Of a stretch of DNA of 64,000 bases, positions 51,369 to 63,386 are shown piece by piece. Origin of the DNA: an uncultured delta proteobacterium. GTDB taxonomy: Bacteria > Desulfobacterota > Syntrophorhabdia > Syntrophorhabdales > WCHB1-27. Where the stretch lies: NCBI GenBank assembly GCA_963810935.1, contig CAWEPK010000010.1:224001-288000 (forward strand), in the 5' to 3' direction. Position 1 is the first letter of the stretch, and each line of letters begins with the position of its first letter. The notes under the pieces are model-generated. The model was not told the origin of the DNA. It was given only the letters and a program-made list of their open reading frames with translations, and searched no databases. A program made the translations under genes and the position numbers.

Positions 51369-53045
51369 CTATTTGTTCCTTGCCGACCGTGTGAAGAAAA
51401 GGATAGAGAGCGCGCAGAAAAGAGCCACAGCGGCTTTAAGGACAAAGAGGAGTGCTCCCGTCGCGGGGACATCGATAAATAACAGGACGAAGGCCAGAAA
51501 AGCAAAGAACAGCAGGCAGACGTGCGCGGTCCTTATGTCGGAGATGCGCATCGCCTCCCTCGCCGGGGCAGCCGGGTCCCTGCGGCCGGGATCGGCGTCC
51601 GGCGCCCGCCTCCTGCCGCGTTCCAGAAGCCAGTCCCGCGCCCGGTCGGGCAGCTCCTTGACAAGGGCCGTGTAGTCGATGAGGTCGTTTGCCATGGAGG
51701 CACGCAGGCGTGAAGGATCGACATACGTCTCGAAGGCCTTCTTTACGGAAGGCGCGAGGTGGTCGTTAAAATCAAAGTCAGGATAAAGGGCGAGGCCCAT
51801 CGCCTCCGTCGTGATGATCGCCTTGGAGAAAAGGGCCAGGTCCGCGGGAAAGCCGATCTTGCGCGCCGCCCCCTTGTTGATGAGCCTGAAGAATATCCAC
51901 GCGATGCTCGGGTTTGCGGGCGAAAAGAAAAGCTCGCTCAGCACCTCGTAGGCATCCTTCTCGAAGCCCGCCGTATCACTTGCCTCCGTGACGCGTGCAA
52001 GGCGCAGGAAATGCGCCAGGAACCTTTCTATATTTTTGTTCGCGAAGGCCACCAGGCAACTCGTAAGCTCGCGGCGCTGCTCCTCGTTGAGGTAGCCCAC
52101 CATGCCGAAATCGTAAAAACAAAGGCCGTTGCCCTCTATCGCAAAGGAATTGCCGGGGTGGGGGTCGGCGTGGAAGAACCCGTCGACCAATATCTGCTGA
52201 AGCTGTGCATCGACGCCGTGGAGGGCAAGCAGCTTGCGGTCCAGGCCCTCTTTTTCGACCGCCGCGAGGTCGTCCGTCCTTACGCCGTGGATGTACTCCA
52301 TCGTAAGGACGCGCGAAGTCGTATAGTCCCAGTAGATGGCCGGCACCTTTATGTGCGGGTTGCCGGCGAAGGCGAAGCGGAAGCGGTCGGCATTGCGTCC
52401 TTCGACCGCGAAGTCGAGCTCGCGGCGCGTCCAGTCGGCAAACTCCTTCACTACCTGCACGGGGCTGTATGGGCGCACTGCCGGTAGAAGCCGTTCGGCG
52501 AGGCGGGTGAGGGCCAGCAGGATGCCTATGTCCTGGTCGATCACCTTTCGTATGCCGGGACGCTGGACCTTGACCGCCACCTCCTCCCCGTGGTCGAGGA
52601 ACGCACGATGCACCTGCGCGAGCGATGCGGCTGCGACCGGCTGTCTGTCGAACGAGCGGAAGACGGCATCGGGCGGGCCGCCCAGGTCCTCCCTGATGAT
52701 GCGCTCCACGTCTTCGAAGGGGAAAGGCGTGACGTCGCTTTGGAGCTTGGACAGCTCGTCCGAAAGCTCCTCGCCGACGAAATCCGGGCGCAGGCTCAGT
52801 ACCTGCCCGAGTTTGACGAAGGTGGGTCCGAGTTTTTCGAGGGTTTGCCGAAGGAGTGGGGCGGGTATCCCCGCGAGGCCGCCTGCGGCGCGGCGACCTG
52901 CGGCCTTCGACGGGCGGGGCCGGGGCCCGGCCGCATCCGTAAGGGGCTGACGGCGGAGGCGGAAGCGCGCGGCGAGGTACCTGCCGCCGAGAACCACCAC
53001 GGCGGCAACGATGAGCCGCAGCCTCCCGAGGCCCGCTATGCGCAT
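51369..53045 (-). CDS. AarF/UbiB (ABC1) atypical kinase
   Basis: LGPTFVKLGQ, AAASLAQVH, VAVKVQRP, FFHADPHPGN and DFGM motifs. Confidence 0.92.
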   Translation of the reverse strand: MRIAGLGRLRLIVAAVVVLGGRYLAARFRLRRQPLTDAAGPRPRPSKAAGRRAAGGLAGIPAPLLRQTLEKLGPTFVKLGQVLSLRPDFVGEELSDELSKLQSDVTPFPFEDVERIIREDLGGPPDAVFRSFDRQPVAAASLAQVHRAFLDHGEEVAVKVQRPGIRKVIDQDIGILLALTRLAERLLPAVRPYSPVQVVKEFADWTRRELDFAVEGRNADRFRFAFAGNPHIKVPAIYWDYTTSRVLTMEYIHGVRTDDLAAVEKEGLDRKLLALHGVDAQLQQILVDGFFHADPHPGNSFAIEGNGLCFYDFGMVGYLNEEQRRELTSCLVAFANKNIERFLAHFLRLARVTEASDTAGFEKDAYEVLSELFFSPANPSIAWIFFRLINKGAARKIGFPADLALFSKAIITTEAMGLALYPDFDFNDHLAPSVKKAFETYVDPSRLRASMANDLIDYTALVKELPDRARDWLLERGRRRAPDADPGRRDPAAPAREAMRISDIRTAHVCLLFFAFLAFVLLFIDVPATGALLFVLKAAVALFCALSILFFTRSARNK

Positions 53046-53060
53046 CGGTGAAGGCCGCCT

Positions 53061-53543
53061 TTATTCCGCCTTTATCTCCACTCTCTTTGCCGCCTCGTGC
53101 GTCTTCGGCAAAACGATCGTGAGGACCCCGTTCTTGAAGCGCGCCTCCACCTTGTCCCTGTCTATGTCAGCGGGCAGGGGAATTACGCGGCGGAAAGGCC
53201 CGTAGGCGCGCTCCCTGCGGTGGAGGCCCTTCGCTTGCGTCTCCTCTATCTTTTTCTCCCCCCGGACAATGACCGAGTCCTGGCCGAGCGTTATCGAAAG
53301 CTCGTCCGGGCTCATGCCCGGCGCCTCGACCTCTATCCGCACGTCCTCATCCTCTTCGATAACGTCGACGCTCGGCTGGAACCCCTGGCCCGGTATTCTG
53401 ATCGGTTGGGTCGCGATCCTGGACAAGGGCTCGAACACGGAATCGACCATCCGGTTCATCACGTCGCGCACAGTATCGAAGGGGTTAATCGTCTGCCACG
53501 GTCTTGCGTAGTGCTGCTCTTCTCTCTTCTTTCCTTCCGCCAT
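53061..53543 (-). CDS. Hsp20/alpha-crystallin small heat-shock protein
   Basis: PSVDV.E, ERAYG.FRR.I.LP and A.FKNGVL.I.LPK motifs. Confidence 0.93.
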   Translation of the reverse strand: MAEGKKREEQHYARPWQTINPFDTVRDVMNRMVDSVFEPLSRIATQPIRIPGQGFQPSVDVIEEDEDVRIEVEAPGMSPDELSITLGQDSVIVRGEKKIEETQAKGLHRRERAYGPFRRVIPLPADIDRDKVEARFKNGVLTIVLPKTHEAAKRVEIKAE

Positions 53544-53644
53544 GACAAACCTCCACTTTTTTTAAACGTAATGCAGGGGCGGGGTGGGCGCAACGGAAAA
53601 GGAAGCTGAAAAAAGCGACTGTAAATCGGTGATGCAGTGCCTTG

Positions 53645-54082
53645 TTACGAGCCGAAAAGGCGCACGTGCTCCTGCTTCACGCACTTGTCCATGACGAACG
53701 TGATCCCCTCATTCTCGGCCAGGGCTTTGGCCTCTTCGCTGACTATGCCGAGCTGGAGCCATATCGCCTTCGGCCGCAGCCTCACGGCCTCCCGCACGAC
53801 GGGCAATACCTTGTCGGCCTTCATGAATATATCGACGATATCGACCTTTTCCTTGATATCGGCGAGCGACTTGTAAGAAGTCTGCCCAAGGATCGTCTCC
53901 TGTCCGGGGTTTACCGGGATAACCTTATACCCTTTACCCATCAGGTAGCGGGCTACGCCGTTGCTCGGTTTGTCGGGGTCGGCCGAGAGGCCGACTACGG
54001 CGATGACCCGGCCGCCCGAAAGAAGCCCTTCAATGGTCTTGTCGCGCTCTTTGCCCGGACTGTTTTCCATGTCTTTCTCCAT
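53645..54082 (-). CDS. CoA-binding protein (YccU-like)
   Basis: IAVVGLS, PVNP, WLQLG and VMDKC motifs. Confidence 0.9.
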   Translation of the reverse strand: MEKDMENSPGKERDKTIEGLLSGGRVIAVVGLSADPDKPSNGVARYLMGKGYKVIPVNPGQETILGQTSYKSLADIKEKVDIVDIFMKADKVLPVVREAVRLRPKAIWLQLGIVSEEAKALAENEGITFVMDKCVKQEHVRLFGS

Positions 54083-54175
54083 ACCCCATTCTATTTCCCT
54101 GACAGCGCCAAGTCAAGGCCGGCCTTGCCCGTGGGGCTTCCCATAACCCCCCATCTGTGCTACTCTAATACGAGT

Positions 54176-54601
54176 ATGTTTGGTATAGGTCTGCCCGAAC
54201 TCATCATTATCATTATAGTTGCGCTCCTCGTTGTAGGTCCGACGAAGCTACCCGAGGTGGCGCGGTCCCTCGGCAGGGCCCTCGGGGAATTCAGGCGGAT
54301 GGCCGACGATGTCAAGGAGACCATCGAGCAGGAGATGAACGTCGAGGAAGAGAAGGGCGGACAGGAGAGCGCAAGCGGGCAGGGAGAGGCGTCCAAGAAG
54401 GGCGAGGCCGAACCGGTGGCCGAAGGCACGCCGGGCGTGGGCCCCGTCCCCGGTGAAGGCGAAGGGGGCGACCCCGAAGGCGGAGAGGGTACGCCGGCTG
54501 CGGGCGAAGGCAAGCCGGAAGAGCCTGCGGAGGGCACCGCTCCCGGAGAGCGCGAGGAACCCTCGGAGGGCACAGGTCCCGATGCACGAAAGGACGCATG
54601 A
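54176..54601 (+). CDS. tatB: Twin-arginine translocase subunit TatB (TatA/B family)
   Basis: MFGIGLPELIII...GPTKLPEVARSLG; acidic tail; directly upstream of tatC. Confidence 0.8.
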   Translation: MFGIGLPELIIIIIVALLVVGPTKLPEVARSLGRALGEFRRMADDVKETIEQEMNVEEEKGGQESASGQGEASKKGEAEPVAEGTPGVGPVPGEGEGGDPEGGEGTPAAGEGKPEEPAEGTAPGEREEPSEGTGPDARKDA

Positions 54602-55321
54602 TAGAGGAAAAAAAGCCCTTCACGAGCCACCTGAAGGAATTGCGGGACAGGCTGGTCGTCAGCCTGATCGGCCTAGGCATCGCTTTCATCATCACCTACA
54701 GTTTTAAAGAGAGAATATTCCACTTCCTTATGCAGCCTTTCATCCAGGTGATGCCCGCGAACAGCTCCTTCATATTCACAAGCATCACCGAAGCTTTCAT
54801 AACGTATTTCAAGGTCTGCATCGTGGCAGCCCTGTTCCTGGCATCCCCCCTGATCCTCTACGAGGTCTGGATGTTCGTCTCGCCGGGCCTTTACCAAAAG
54901 GAAAAGAAGTACATCGCCCCCTTCATCATTTTCGGGAGCTTTTTCTTTATTTCCGGCGCGCTTTTCTGCTACTACGTGACCATGCCGGTCGTCTACCATT
55001 TCTTCGTGAGCTATGCCGGACACATGATCGTTCCTATGCCTTCCCTCAAGGAATACATGAGCCTCACCCTCAAGCTGCTGGTCATCTTCGGTCTGGTGTT
55101 CCAGATGCCGCTCGTCGCGTATTATTTGGCAAAGGCGGGTATAATCAATTACAGTATGCTAGCGAAGAAGAGGAGGTACGCCATCCTCGGTATCGTCGTG
55201 ATGTCGGCGATTATCACGCCGCCGGAGGTGTCGAGCCAGTTTATGATGGCGCTGCCCATGTACGGCCTCTTCGAGCTGAGCGTCCTTATTGCGAGGGTCT
55301 TCGGAAAAAAGGAGGTCGTCA

Positions 55322-55338
<17 letters not shown>
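54598..55338 (+). CDS. tatC: Twin-arginine translocase subunit TatC
   Basis: HLKELRDRL, FVSPGLY..E and FQMP motifs. Confidence 0.95.
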
Positions 55339-56680
<1,342 letters not shown>

Positions 56681-56681
<1 letters not shown>

Positions 56682-58498
56682 TGTGCGGAATAGTCGGATA
56701 TATCGGCCAAGATGAAGCATACCCCATCCTGATAGAAGCCCTTAGAAGGCTTGAGTACAGGGGCTACGATTCCGCAGGGATCGCCGTCTCGTGCGACGGC
56801 AAGATAGAGGTCGCCCGGCAAAAGGGCAAAGTGGAGGAGCTCCGGAAGCTGTGCGACGGCGGCTTCAAGGGGCGCCTGGGCATAGCCCATACCAGGTGGG
56901 CCACCCACGGAACGCCTTCCGAACGGAACGCCCATCCACACAGGGCGGGCGACGTGGTCGTAGTCCACAACGGCATCGTCGAGAACTACGTCGAGCTGAA
57001 GGAGCAGCTGCGCGGCCTCGGCCACAAGTTCCTGTCCGATACGGACACCGAGGTCATACCCCATCTCGTCAGCGAGCACATCAAGGAGGGGGCGGACTTC
57101 GCGGAAGCCGTGCGCCTATCCTTAAACGAGATGGCCGGCTCCTACGCGCTCGCCATCATCAGAGAGAACGAAAAGACCCTGATCGCGGCAAAAAAAGAGA
57201 GCCCCCTTGTCCTCGGCATCGGCGACGGGGAGTTCTTCATAGCGAGCGACGCCCCCGCCCTGATCGGCAGGACGAACAGGTTTATTTTCCTCGAAGATAA
57301 CGACCTCGCCGTCATGAAAGACGGCAAGCTGACCCTCACGGATACGTCCGGCAGGCCGGTCGAGCGGCCGGTTCACATCATCAACTGGACAGGCGCCATG
57401 GCCGAGAAGGGCGGCTACAAGCACTTCATGCTGAAGGAGATTTACGAGCAGCCCAGGGCCATCTCCGAGACGCTCCTCGGAAGGGTGAAGGAGGAGCGGG
57501 GAGAGGTCGATTTCGAGGAGCTGAAGCTGCCCCCCTTGAGCAGGATCAAGCGCACCTGGATGATCGCCTGCGGCACATCGTACCACGCGTGTCTGATCGG
57601 AAAGCACCTCTTCGAGGAAAACCTGCGCATGCCCGTCGAAGTCGATATAGCGTCCGAGTTCCGCTACAGGAACCCGATCATGGGGACGAACGACATGCTC
57701 ATCCTCGTGTCGCAGTCGGGGGAGACGGCGGATACAATAGCGGTCATGAAAGAGGCGAAGAAGAGGGGCGTTTTCACGCTGGCCATCTGCAACGTCCTCG
57801 GCAGCACGCTAGCCCGCGAGGCGGACGGCGTCATTTTCACGCACGCGGGGCCGGAGATAGGCGTCGCCTCGACCAAGGCGTTTACAACGCAGATATCGGT
57901 CCTCTTCCTGCTCATGCTCCATCTGGGCAGGAAGCTGGGCGTCATGGACCAGGAGGCGCTTAGCGCAAAGATAGGCGAGATCAGGAAGATACCCCACAAG
58001 ATACAGCGCATCCTCGACGCGTCGACGGACATGGAAGACCTGGCCCGCAAGTATATGCACTACAAGAATTTCCTCTATCTGGGAAGAGGAATAAGCTACC
58101 CGGTCTCCCTTGAAGGGGCGCTCAAGCTCAAGGAGATATCGTATATCCACGCAGAGGCATACGCAGCAGGCGAGATGAAGCACGGCCCCATAGCGCTCAT
58201 AGACGAGCACATGCCCGTTGTCTTTGTCTCACCAGGCGACCAAACCTACAAAAAAACGTGCAGCAACGTGGAAGAAGTCGTCTCGCGGCGGGGCAATATT
58301 ATCCTGTGCACAGACCTCGACACCCACGAGATGTCGCCCAAGGCCTCAACCATATTGACCGTCCCGGAGACGCTCTACGAGCTTCAACCCATGGTATTCA
58401 TCGTCCCGTTGCAGCTCTTCGCATACCACATAGCGAACCTGCTAGGGACAGACGTAGACCAGCCGAGGAACCTCGCCAAGAGCGTTACGGTGGAATAG
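56681..58498 (+). CDS. glmS: Glutamine--fructose-6-phosphate aminotransferase
   Basis: MCGIVG, HTRWATHG, SQSGETAD and PRNLAKSVTVE motifs. Confidence 0.97.
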
Positions 58499-58891
58499 CA
58501 GTTTAAGAACCGGGGCGAACGGGTGCCGCAACGTTCAAGCATTTGGATGCCCAGAGCATCGAGCCCGGGAACCCTCGAAAGACACAACTAAGAGCAGTAA
58601 TTGCTGTAGAATGCCTGCACCTACAGGTAGAGCGTGAAGCTTTCGGCACGAGGTTACAAGTTACCAAGAAAAATGATGCATTTATTGGAAGTAACACGAC
58701 AAAAGCTGCGATGCTCCTGTCGCCCTTCCAAATGTCCATATTTCACGATAATGGAAAATATGGACAATGCTTATAAGTACATAACATCACAAGATAACGG
58801 AGAATCTGATACATATACCGTACAAAAACGAGCATCGAGTAAGCGATACGTTGACATAGGTTAGAATTGGTGTGATGGCAATCGTCAGTTG

Positions 58892-59287
58892 TCATTGTCC
58901 ACTTGTTGGAGTATCCGCTTCCGTTGTTGGGGGTGCAGTAGTCTGCGTTGTTGAGGATGGATTAACCGCCGTATTCGCATGGCTGGGCGCGAAATTGTAC
59001 TCTTCCAACATTGAACTACCACCCATACTCTTATGGCTGGGCGCGAAATTGTACTCTTCCAACATTGAACTACCACCCATACTCTTATGGCTGGGCGCGG
59101 AATTGTACTCTCCCAAATCTTCTGAGCTCGAAGGCGGAGCCTGAACAGAAGCAATTGCAGCATCCTGCTCGGCCTGGAGCGAAGCATTCCCCGTCACGGA
59201 GAAGACGCCTGCTCCGTTACCTGACGCACCTGCCAGTCCGGCAAGAACAAAGAATATCAAAACGGTATAGAATATGATCTGTCGCAT
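58892..59287 (-). CDS. Secreted protein with tandem 18-aa repeats
   Basis: AGGAGG RBS, signal peptide, three copies of EYN(F/S)APSH. Confidence 0.75.
   Translation of the reverse strand: MRQIIFYTVLIFFVLAGLAGASGNGAGVFSVTGNASLQAEQDAAIASVQAPPSSSEDLGEYNSAPSHKSMGGSSMLEEYNFAPSHKSMGGSSMLEEYNFAPSHANTAVNPSSTTQTTAPPTTEADTPTSGQ
58979..59111. repeat. 54-bp tandem repeat (two perfect copies plus a partial one)
   Basis: ATGGCTGGGCGCGAAATTGTACTCTTCCAACATTGAACTACCACCCATACTCTT at 58979 and 59033, partial at 59087. Confidence 0.95.
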
Positions 59288-59300
59288 GTGATCCCTCCTC

Positions 59301-60599
59301 TCATCGGTCTTCTATCCACCAGGCATCGAGGTTTCCTGTCTTCGGGTCAAACTCCAGCATGTACCCGTCAGACCAACGGACCAGCCTGCTGCACGCACTG
59401 CCAGCGCAATGCAGACCATCGCGAAAGGTGAAGTCTTCGGGTATCTCGTTTTTGCCCACCATGGCCATGCGTTGCTTCGGTGAGACATAACGATAATATT
59501 TGCTGACCAGATCGACCATGCTATAGACGACAAAATATTTCCCCGCCAGTCCCTCGGCCGACGAAACGGCCTTCTTGTCTGCCTCGGCAACCAGCCTGAC
59601 GTCGGTGATTGAACGGAAATCGTCTTTGGCAATAGGGGAGACCTGGCAGGCGCCGGACTTGGGATTTTCCAGGAATGACTGGATGCACTTACCGTAACGG
59701 TAATCGAATATGGGAAGCCATCCGGCCAGGTGACCCTTGAAGCCGGCGGGCTTGGCGATGATGACGTAGGGTACCTTGGCCTTGGTGAAATACTTCCCTG
59801 CAATGTCAGCGCGCCCTATCGGGTCAGGGTCCCAGTCTGTGTCGTCCGGCAGGATCAGCATCGTGGGCGTTTTCACCCCCTCCAAAATGGGGCCGAACCC
59901 GGTGTACACCTCGTCGAACCAGGGGGAGCTGCGGGGGCCGGTGGCGTTGGGGGCGCTGAGGAGAAGTATATCGGCTGCTAGGTCCGGTTGCTGGGCCGCC
60001 TTGAGGGATACCCACGCCCCCCAGGAATGGCCGGCCAGTATAATCCGGCTGTAGCCCTGCGCTTTCAGTTCCTTGAGGCGCTGCCGTACCGCAACGGCGG
60101 CCGGCGCCACCTTGACCATGCTCAGATGCTTTTGCGGTATGAACTGCCCTTTTTCTATCTTTGCCCCGATGACGTCCCAGCCCTCGTCGTTAAGCGTCTT
60201 AAGGAAATACGGGCCGGCATTCCCGGCCGCCAGGTAGTGGTTCTGGCTGAAGCCTTGTATGTAGTAAATGACGCCCCTGGCCTTCGCCGGTCCGAGTCCA
60301 GCTTTGAGCGGACGGGGGGTGAACTCCCTGAACTGAAACGGTTCCTCGTCTCTGGCAACCTGCATCTTGCGCTGGACGCATTCCTGCACGAGATTATGTA
60401 ATTTCTGCCCTTTACGACCTGATACGGCGCACTCCTCGCGGCATTCCTTGCGGAACCGTTCCTGCAATTCCCCCATATCCTGGGCCGCGGTCCGCCGGGT
60501 GTCGACGAGACCGGCCGCAACGATGGCAAAAAAGATTATCGCTAGTGATATTAAGCGGAACTTCTGCGCAGAATGCCTGAAGGGATGATCGTTATCCAA
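59301..60599 (-). CDS. Exported alpha/beta-fold hydrolase
   Basis: GHSWG nucleophile elbow; N-terminal hydrophobic segment and a small Cys-containing helical region. Confidence 0.75.
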   Translation of the reverse strand: MDNDHPFRHSAQKFRLISLAIIFFAIVAAGLVDTRRTAAQDMGELQERFRKECREECAVSGRKGQKLHNLVQECVQRKMQVARDEEPFQFREFTPRPLKAGLGPAKARGVIYYIQGFSQNHYLAAGNAGPYFLKTLNDEGWDVIGAKIEKGQFIPQKHLSMVKVAPAAVAVRQRLKELKAQGYSRIILAGHSWGAWVSLKAAQQPDLAADILLLSAPNATGPRSSPWFDEVYTGFGPILEGVKTPTMLILPDDTDWDPDPIGRADIAGKYFTKAKVPYVIIAKPAGFKGHLAGWLPIFDYRYGKCIQSFLENPKSGACQVSPIAKDDFRSITDVRLVAEADKKAVSSAEGLAGKYFVVYSMVDLVSKYYRYVSPKQRMAMVGKNEIPEDFTFRDGLHCAGSACSRLVRWSDGYMLEFDPKTGNLDAWWIEDR

Positions 60600-60815
60600 G
60601 ATGCAATTACAATATATCAGCCGTGCAATATAATCAAGTTTCGGCTATTTGTTATGAGCATGCTCCTAGGCTCCGACGGGTAACCTTCACACATGGGAAT
60701 TACTACTCTCATTCATTACGATCAGAAAGACTCTATTGTCAGAGGAGCCTCAGGCCGCACGCTTTCAGAAACAGAGCTATTCGAAACTGGCCTACGCTTG
60801 TTTTTTGCGTCTTTT

Positions 60816-62261
60816 TCACCTCCGCGAAAAATAAAGCTTGATGCCTCTGTAGAACAGCGCGACTCCGAGCCACGCAAAGACCACTGCCAGAGGGTAAACT
60901 AGCAGACGCGGGAACAGCGCGAATAAGCCGGCGAGTACTAGCAGGAGCGCCCCGATGCTCGTCATCACCCGGGCTTCGACCGGCTCCAGCACCCGCCTGC
61001 CCGTGAAAGCGGCGCCGATTGCGTTGCCGATGCGGACCGCTCCGGCCGCCGTCCGCCCGACGCTGCCGCTTCCGGTCGTCACTAGCGGCCGTGCGCGGCG
61101 CCGTCCGCCGAGGGAGCGCACTTTCTGCTTTTCATCCAGCACTATCTCCGTTGCCTGCGCGAGGTCCTGAAGATACATCTCCTCCATCTCGCGCGCAAAC
61201 GTTTCGTCCTCCACTACCGCGTCCAGCTCGCAGTTGGCGAACCAACTGCTGATATTGAGGTTCGTTGAGCCGACGCGCGCCCAACGCCCGTCGGCGACCG
61301 CAGTTTTCGCGTGCAGCATGGTCCCGTTCCATTCGAAGACGCGCACGCCTGCCTCAAGTAGAGGACGGTACCCTGCCCTCGATAAAGGCCTTAAAACGGG
61401 GATGTCCGTCCCGTTAGGTACGAGGAGGCGCACATCGACGCCGTCCTTTGCCGCTGCTCTCAGGGCTTGCACAAAGGTAGGCATGCCCGCGTAATATGCA
61501 TCGGTCAACCAGATCCTTTTTCTCGCAAGGGCGGCGATGAGCTGGTCCAGGCGCAGCATGCCGGCCGTCGCGGGCAATGTGGCTACAATGCGTAGGGTCA
61601 TGTCGCCGGCAAGAGAAGCCGCTTCGCTGCCTGTTATCTCCCATTCCGGAACCGGCTCACCCATCATGGCCCACACTTGCGCAAACGCGCGCTCGATGTC
61701 CGCAACAGCGGGCCCGCGCACTTCTACCCCGGTATCACGCCACGGGTCTATCTTTTTCTCAGGGACGCCCTTCCACATCCGTCCGATGCATAAGCCGCTT
61801 ATAAAACCGACTTCTCCGTCGATCGCCATCATCTTGCGGTGATCGCGCGAGAACCAGCCAAAGGGACTGTCGAAGCGCGGAGGATTGTAGCAGCGGACCT
61901 CGGCGCCTGCCGAGCGCAGGCGATTCCAGAACCGCCTGCGGGTATGGCCGAAGCTCCCCAACCAATCGTAAATGACCCGGACGCGCACGCCTTGCGCCGC
62001 CTTGGCGATCAGCGCGTCGGCAAATTCCCGTCCCGTATCGTCTTCATGGATGATGTAAGCCTCGAAGTGGATGTGGCTTTTCGCCGCTCCTATGGCGTGC
62101 AGCCAAGCCGGGTAATTCTCATTCGCGTCTTTGAGCAGCCGCACGTGATTGCCTTCGAGGAGAGGGGCGCCGCAGGCGCGCGAAAAAGCCTGGTCGGCGT
62201 GGACGCGCAGCTCCTTGAAGGTATGGTGCTCCTGGTTGATGCGTCGCGTTACGGACTTCAT
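60816..62261 (-). CDS. Cardiolipin synthase-like phospholipase D
   Basis: Two HKD motifs (HRKMMAID and HAKTAVAD). Confidence 0.9.
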   Translation of the reverse strand: MKSVTRRINQEHHTFKELRVHADQAFSRACGAPLLEGNHVRLLKDANENYPAWLHAIGAAKSHIHFEAYIIHEDDTGREFADALIAKAAQGVRVRVIYDWLGSFGHTRRRFWNRLRSAGAEVRCYNPPRFDSPFGWFSRDHRKMMAIDGEVGFISGLCIGRMWKGVPEKKIDPWRDTGVEVRGPAVADIERAFAQVWAMMGEPVPEWEITGSEAASLAGDMTLRIVATLPATAGMLRLDQLIAALARKRIWLTDAYYAGMPTFVQALRAAAKDGVDVRLLVPNGTDIPVLRPLSRAGYRPLLEAGVRVFEWNGTMLHAKTAVADGRWARVGSTNLNISSWFANCELDAVVEDETFAREMEEMYLQDLAQATEIVLDEKQKVRSLGGRRRARPLVTTGSGSVGRTAAGAVRIGNAIGAAFTGRRVLEPVEARVMTSIGALLLVLAGLFALFPRLLVYPLAVVFAWLGVALFYRGIKLYFSRR

Positions 62262-62366
62262 GACCTCATGATTCTTTTGATGCCGCCCGCCCCTTAAGAG
62301 ACCGTCATCCTACATTGTACAGCAGTAACCGGTGAAAAACATAGGCTGCCGTTAGTCTGCGCCGGT

Positions 62367-62981
62367 CTAAGGCGAACCCTGCATCCCCGACACTGCCCAC
62401 AGGTACAGGGAGGCCACCGAGCCGTAAGGCGAATAACGCCTCCTGTAACGTTCGAATTGCTCTCTCGTCAGATCCTTCAGCCCGTACAGGTTCATCATGC
62501 CCCGCCGTATGGCCTGGTCGCCCCAGCTTACGATGTCCGGCCGGCAGAGGGAGAAAAGCAGGAGCATCTCGGCCGTCCAGACCCCTATGCCGCGCAGGGA
62601 CGAAAGGTGCTCGACGACATCATCGTCGGCCATCTCCTGAAAGCGGGAGAACTCCACCAGGCCGCTCGCGGCCGCTTCGCCTATCCCCTTGATGTATTCT
62701 GCCTTCCGCCCTGACAGCCCGCATTGCCTGAGATCGGAAACGTCCGTCCCGGCGATGCGCTCCGGCGTGACCTCGCCGAGAAATGCGCGCAATCTCCCCC
62801 GTACTGCGTTGGCCGCTTTGTTAGATATCTGCTGAGCCACGATGCTCATAACGAGCGCATCGAAAGGGTCGGGCCTTATCTCCCGCTCGATCGGGCCTAT
62901 CATGTCGATTGCCGCTCCGAGCTTTTTGTCGCGCCGTTTGAGGTGCTCTATCTCGGTCTGCCCGTATCTGAATATCGGCAC
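62367..62981 (-). CDS. DNA-3-methyladenine glycosylase (AlkA/HhH-GPD family)
   Basis: SIVAQQIS, LRGIGVWTAEM and SPYGSVASLYLW motifs. Confidence 0.9.
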   Translation of the reverse strand: MPIFRYGQTEIEHLKRRDKKLGAAIDMIGPIEREIRPDPFDALVMSIVAQQISNKAANAVRGRLRAFLGEVTPERIAGTDVSDLRQCGLSGRKAEYIKGIGEAAASGLVEFSRFQEMADDDVVEHLSSLRGIGVWTAEMLLLFSLCRPDIVSWGDQAIRRGMMNLYGLKDLTREQFERYRRRYSPYGSVASLYLWAVSGMQGSP

Positions 62982-63028
62982 GCCGCCGCCCTCCTTGTGT
63001 TGTCGGCCCAAAGCCTTCGGTGTTTTCG

Positions 63029-63295
63029 TCAGCGATACCGGACGGCCAGGATAAGCACCGTGCACATCAGTACGAACGTGACGAAATTGGCGACGATGAT
63101 CGGCAGGCAATGGGTGTAAAAGCCATAAATCATCCAGAGAAAAATGCCCGTCGCGTTGAGACTTATCATGGCTAGCGAGAGGTCTTTCGCAGATTTGACG
63201 CGCCACGTGCGGACGACCTGGGGAATGAAGGCGATCGTCGTAAAGGCGCCGGCGACCATGCCCAGCACCATGACGGGGTCGAAGTTTAAAGTCAT
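63029..63295 (-). CDS. SemiSWEET (PQ-loop) transporter
   Basis: TTIAFIPQV..TW..KSAKDLS, W..YG and PIIVAN motifs. Confidence 0.9.
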   Translation of the reverse strand: MTLNFDPVMVLGMVAGAFTTIAFIPQVVRTWRVKSAKDLSLAMISLNATGIFLWMIYGFYTHCLPIIVANFVTFVLMCTVLILAVRYR

Positions 63296-63386
63296 GACAA
63301 ATAATTTAGCATAATTCCGAAGGACCGTCTCCGGTCCCCGCTCGCCTCGCGCTTCGGATATCGCAGGGGCCGCCCAATCTGGCGCT

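Noticed and set aside
58499..58560. Intact Tn7 end at attTn7
   Set aside because: No TGT-starting terminal repeat, TnsB-site array or tns genes were seen.
58979..59111. Tandem repeat as a CRISPR array
   Set aside because: The units are fully identical with no unique spacers, are in frame within a CDS, and no cas genes are present.
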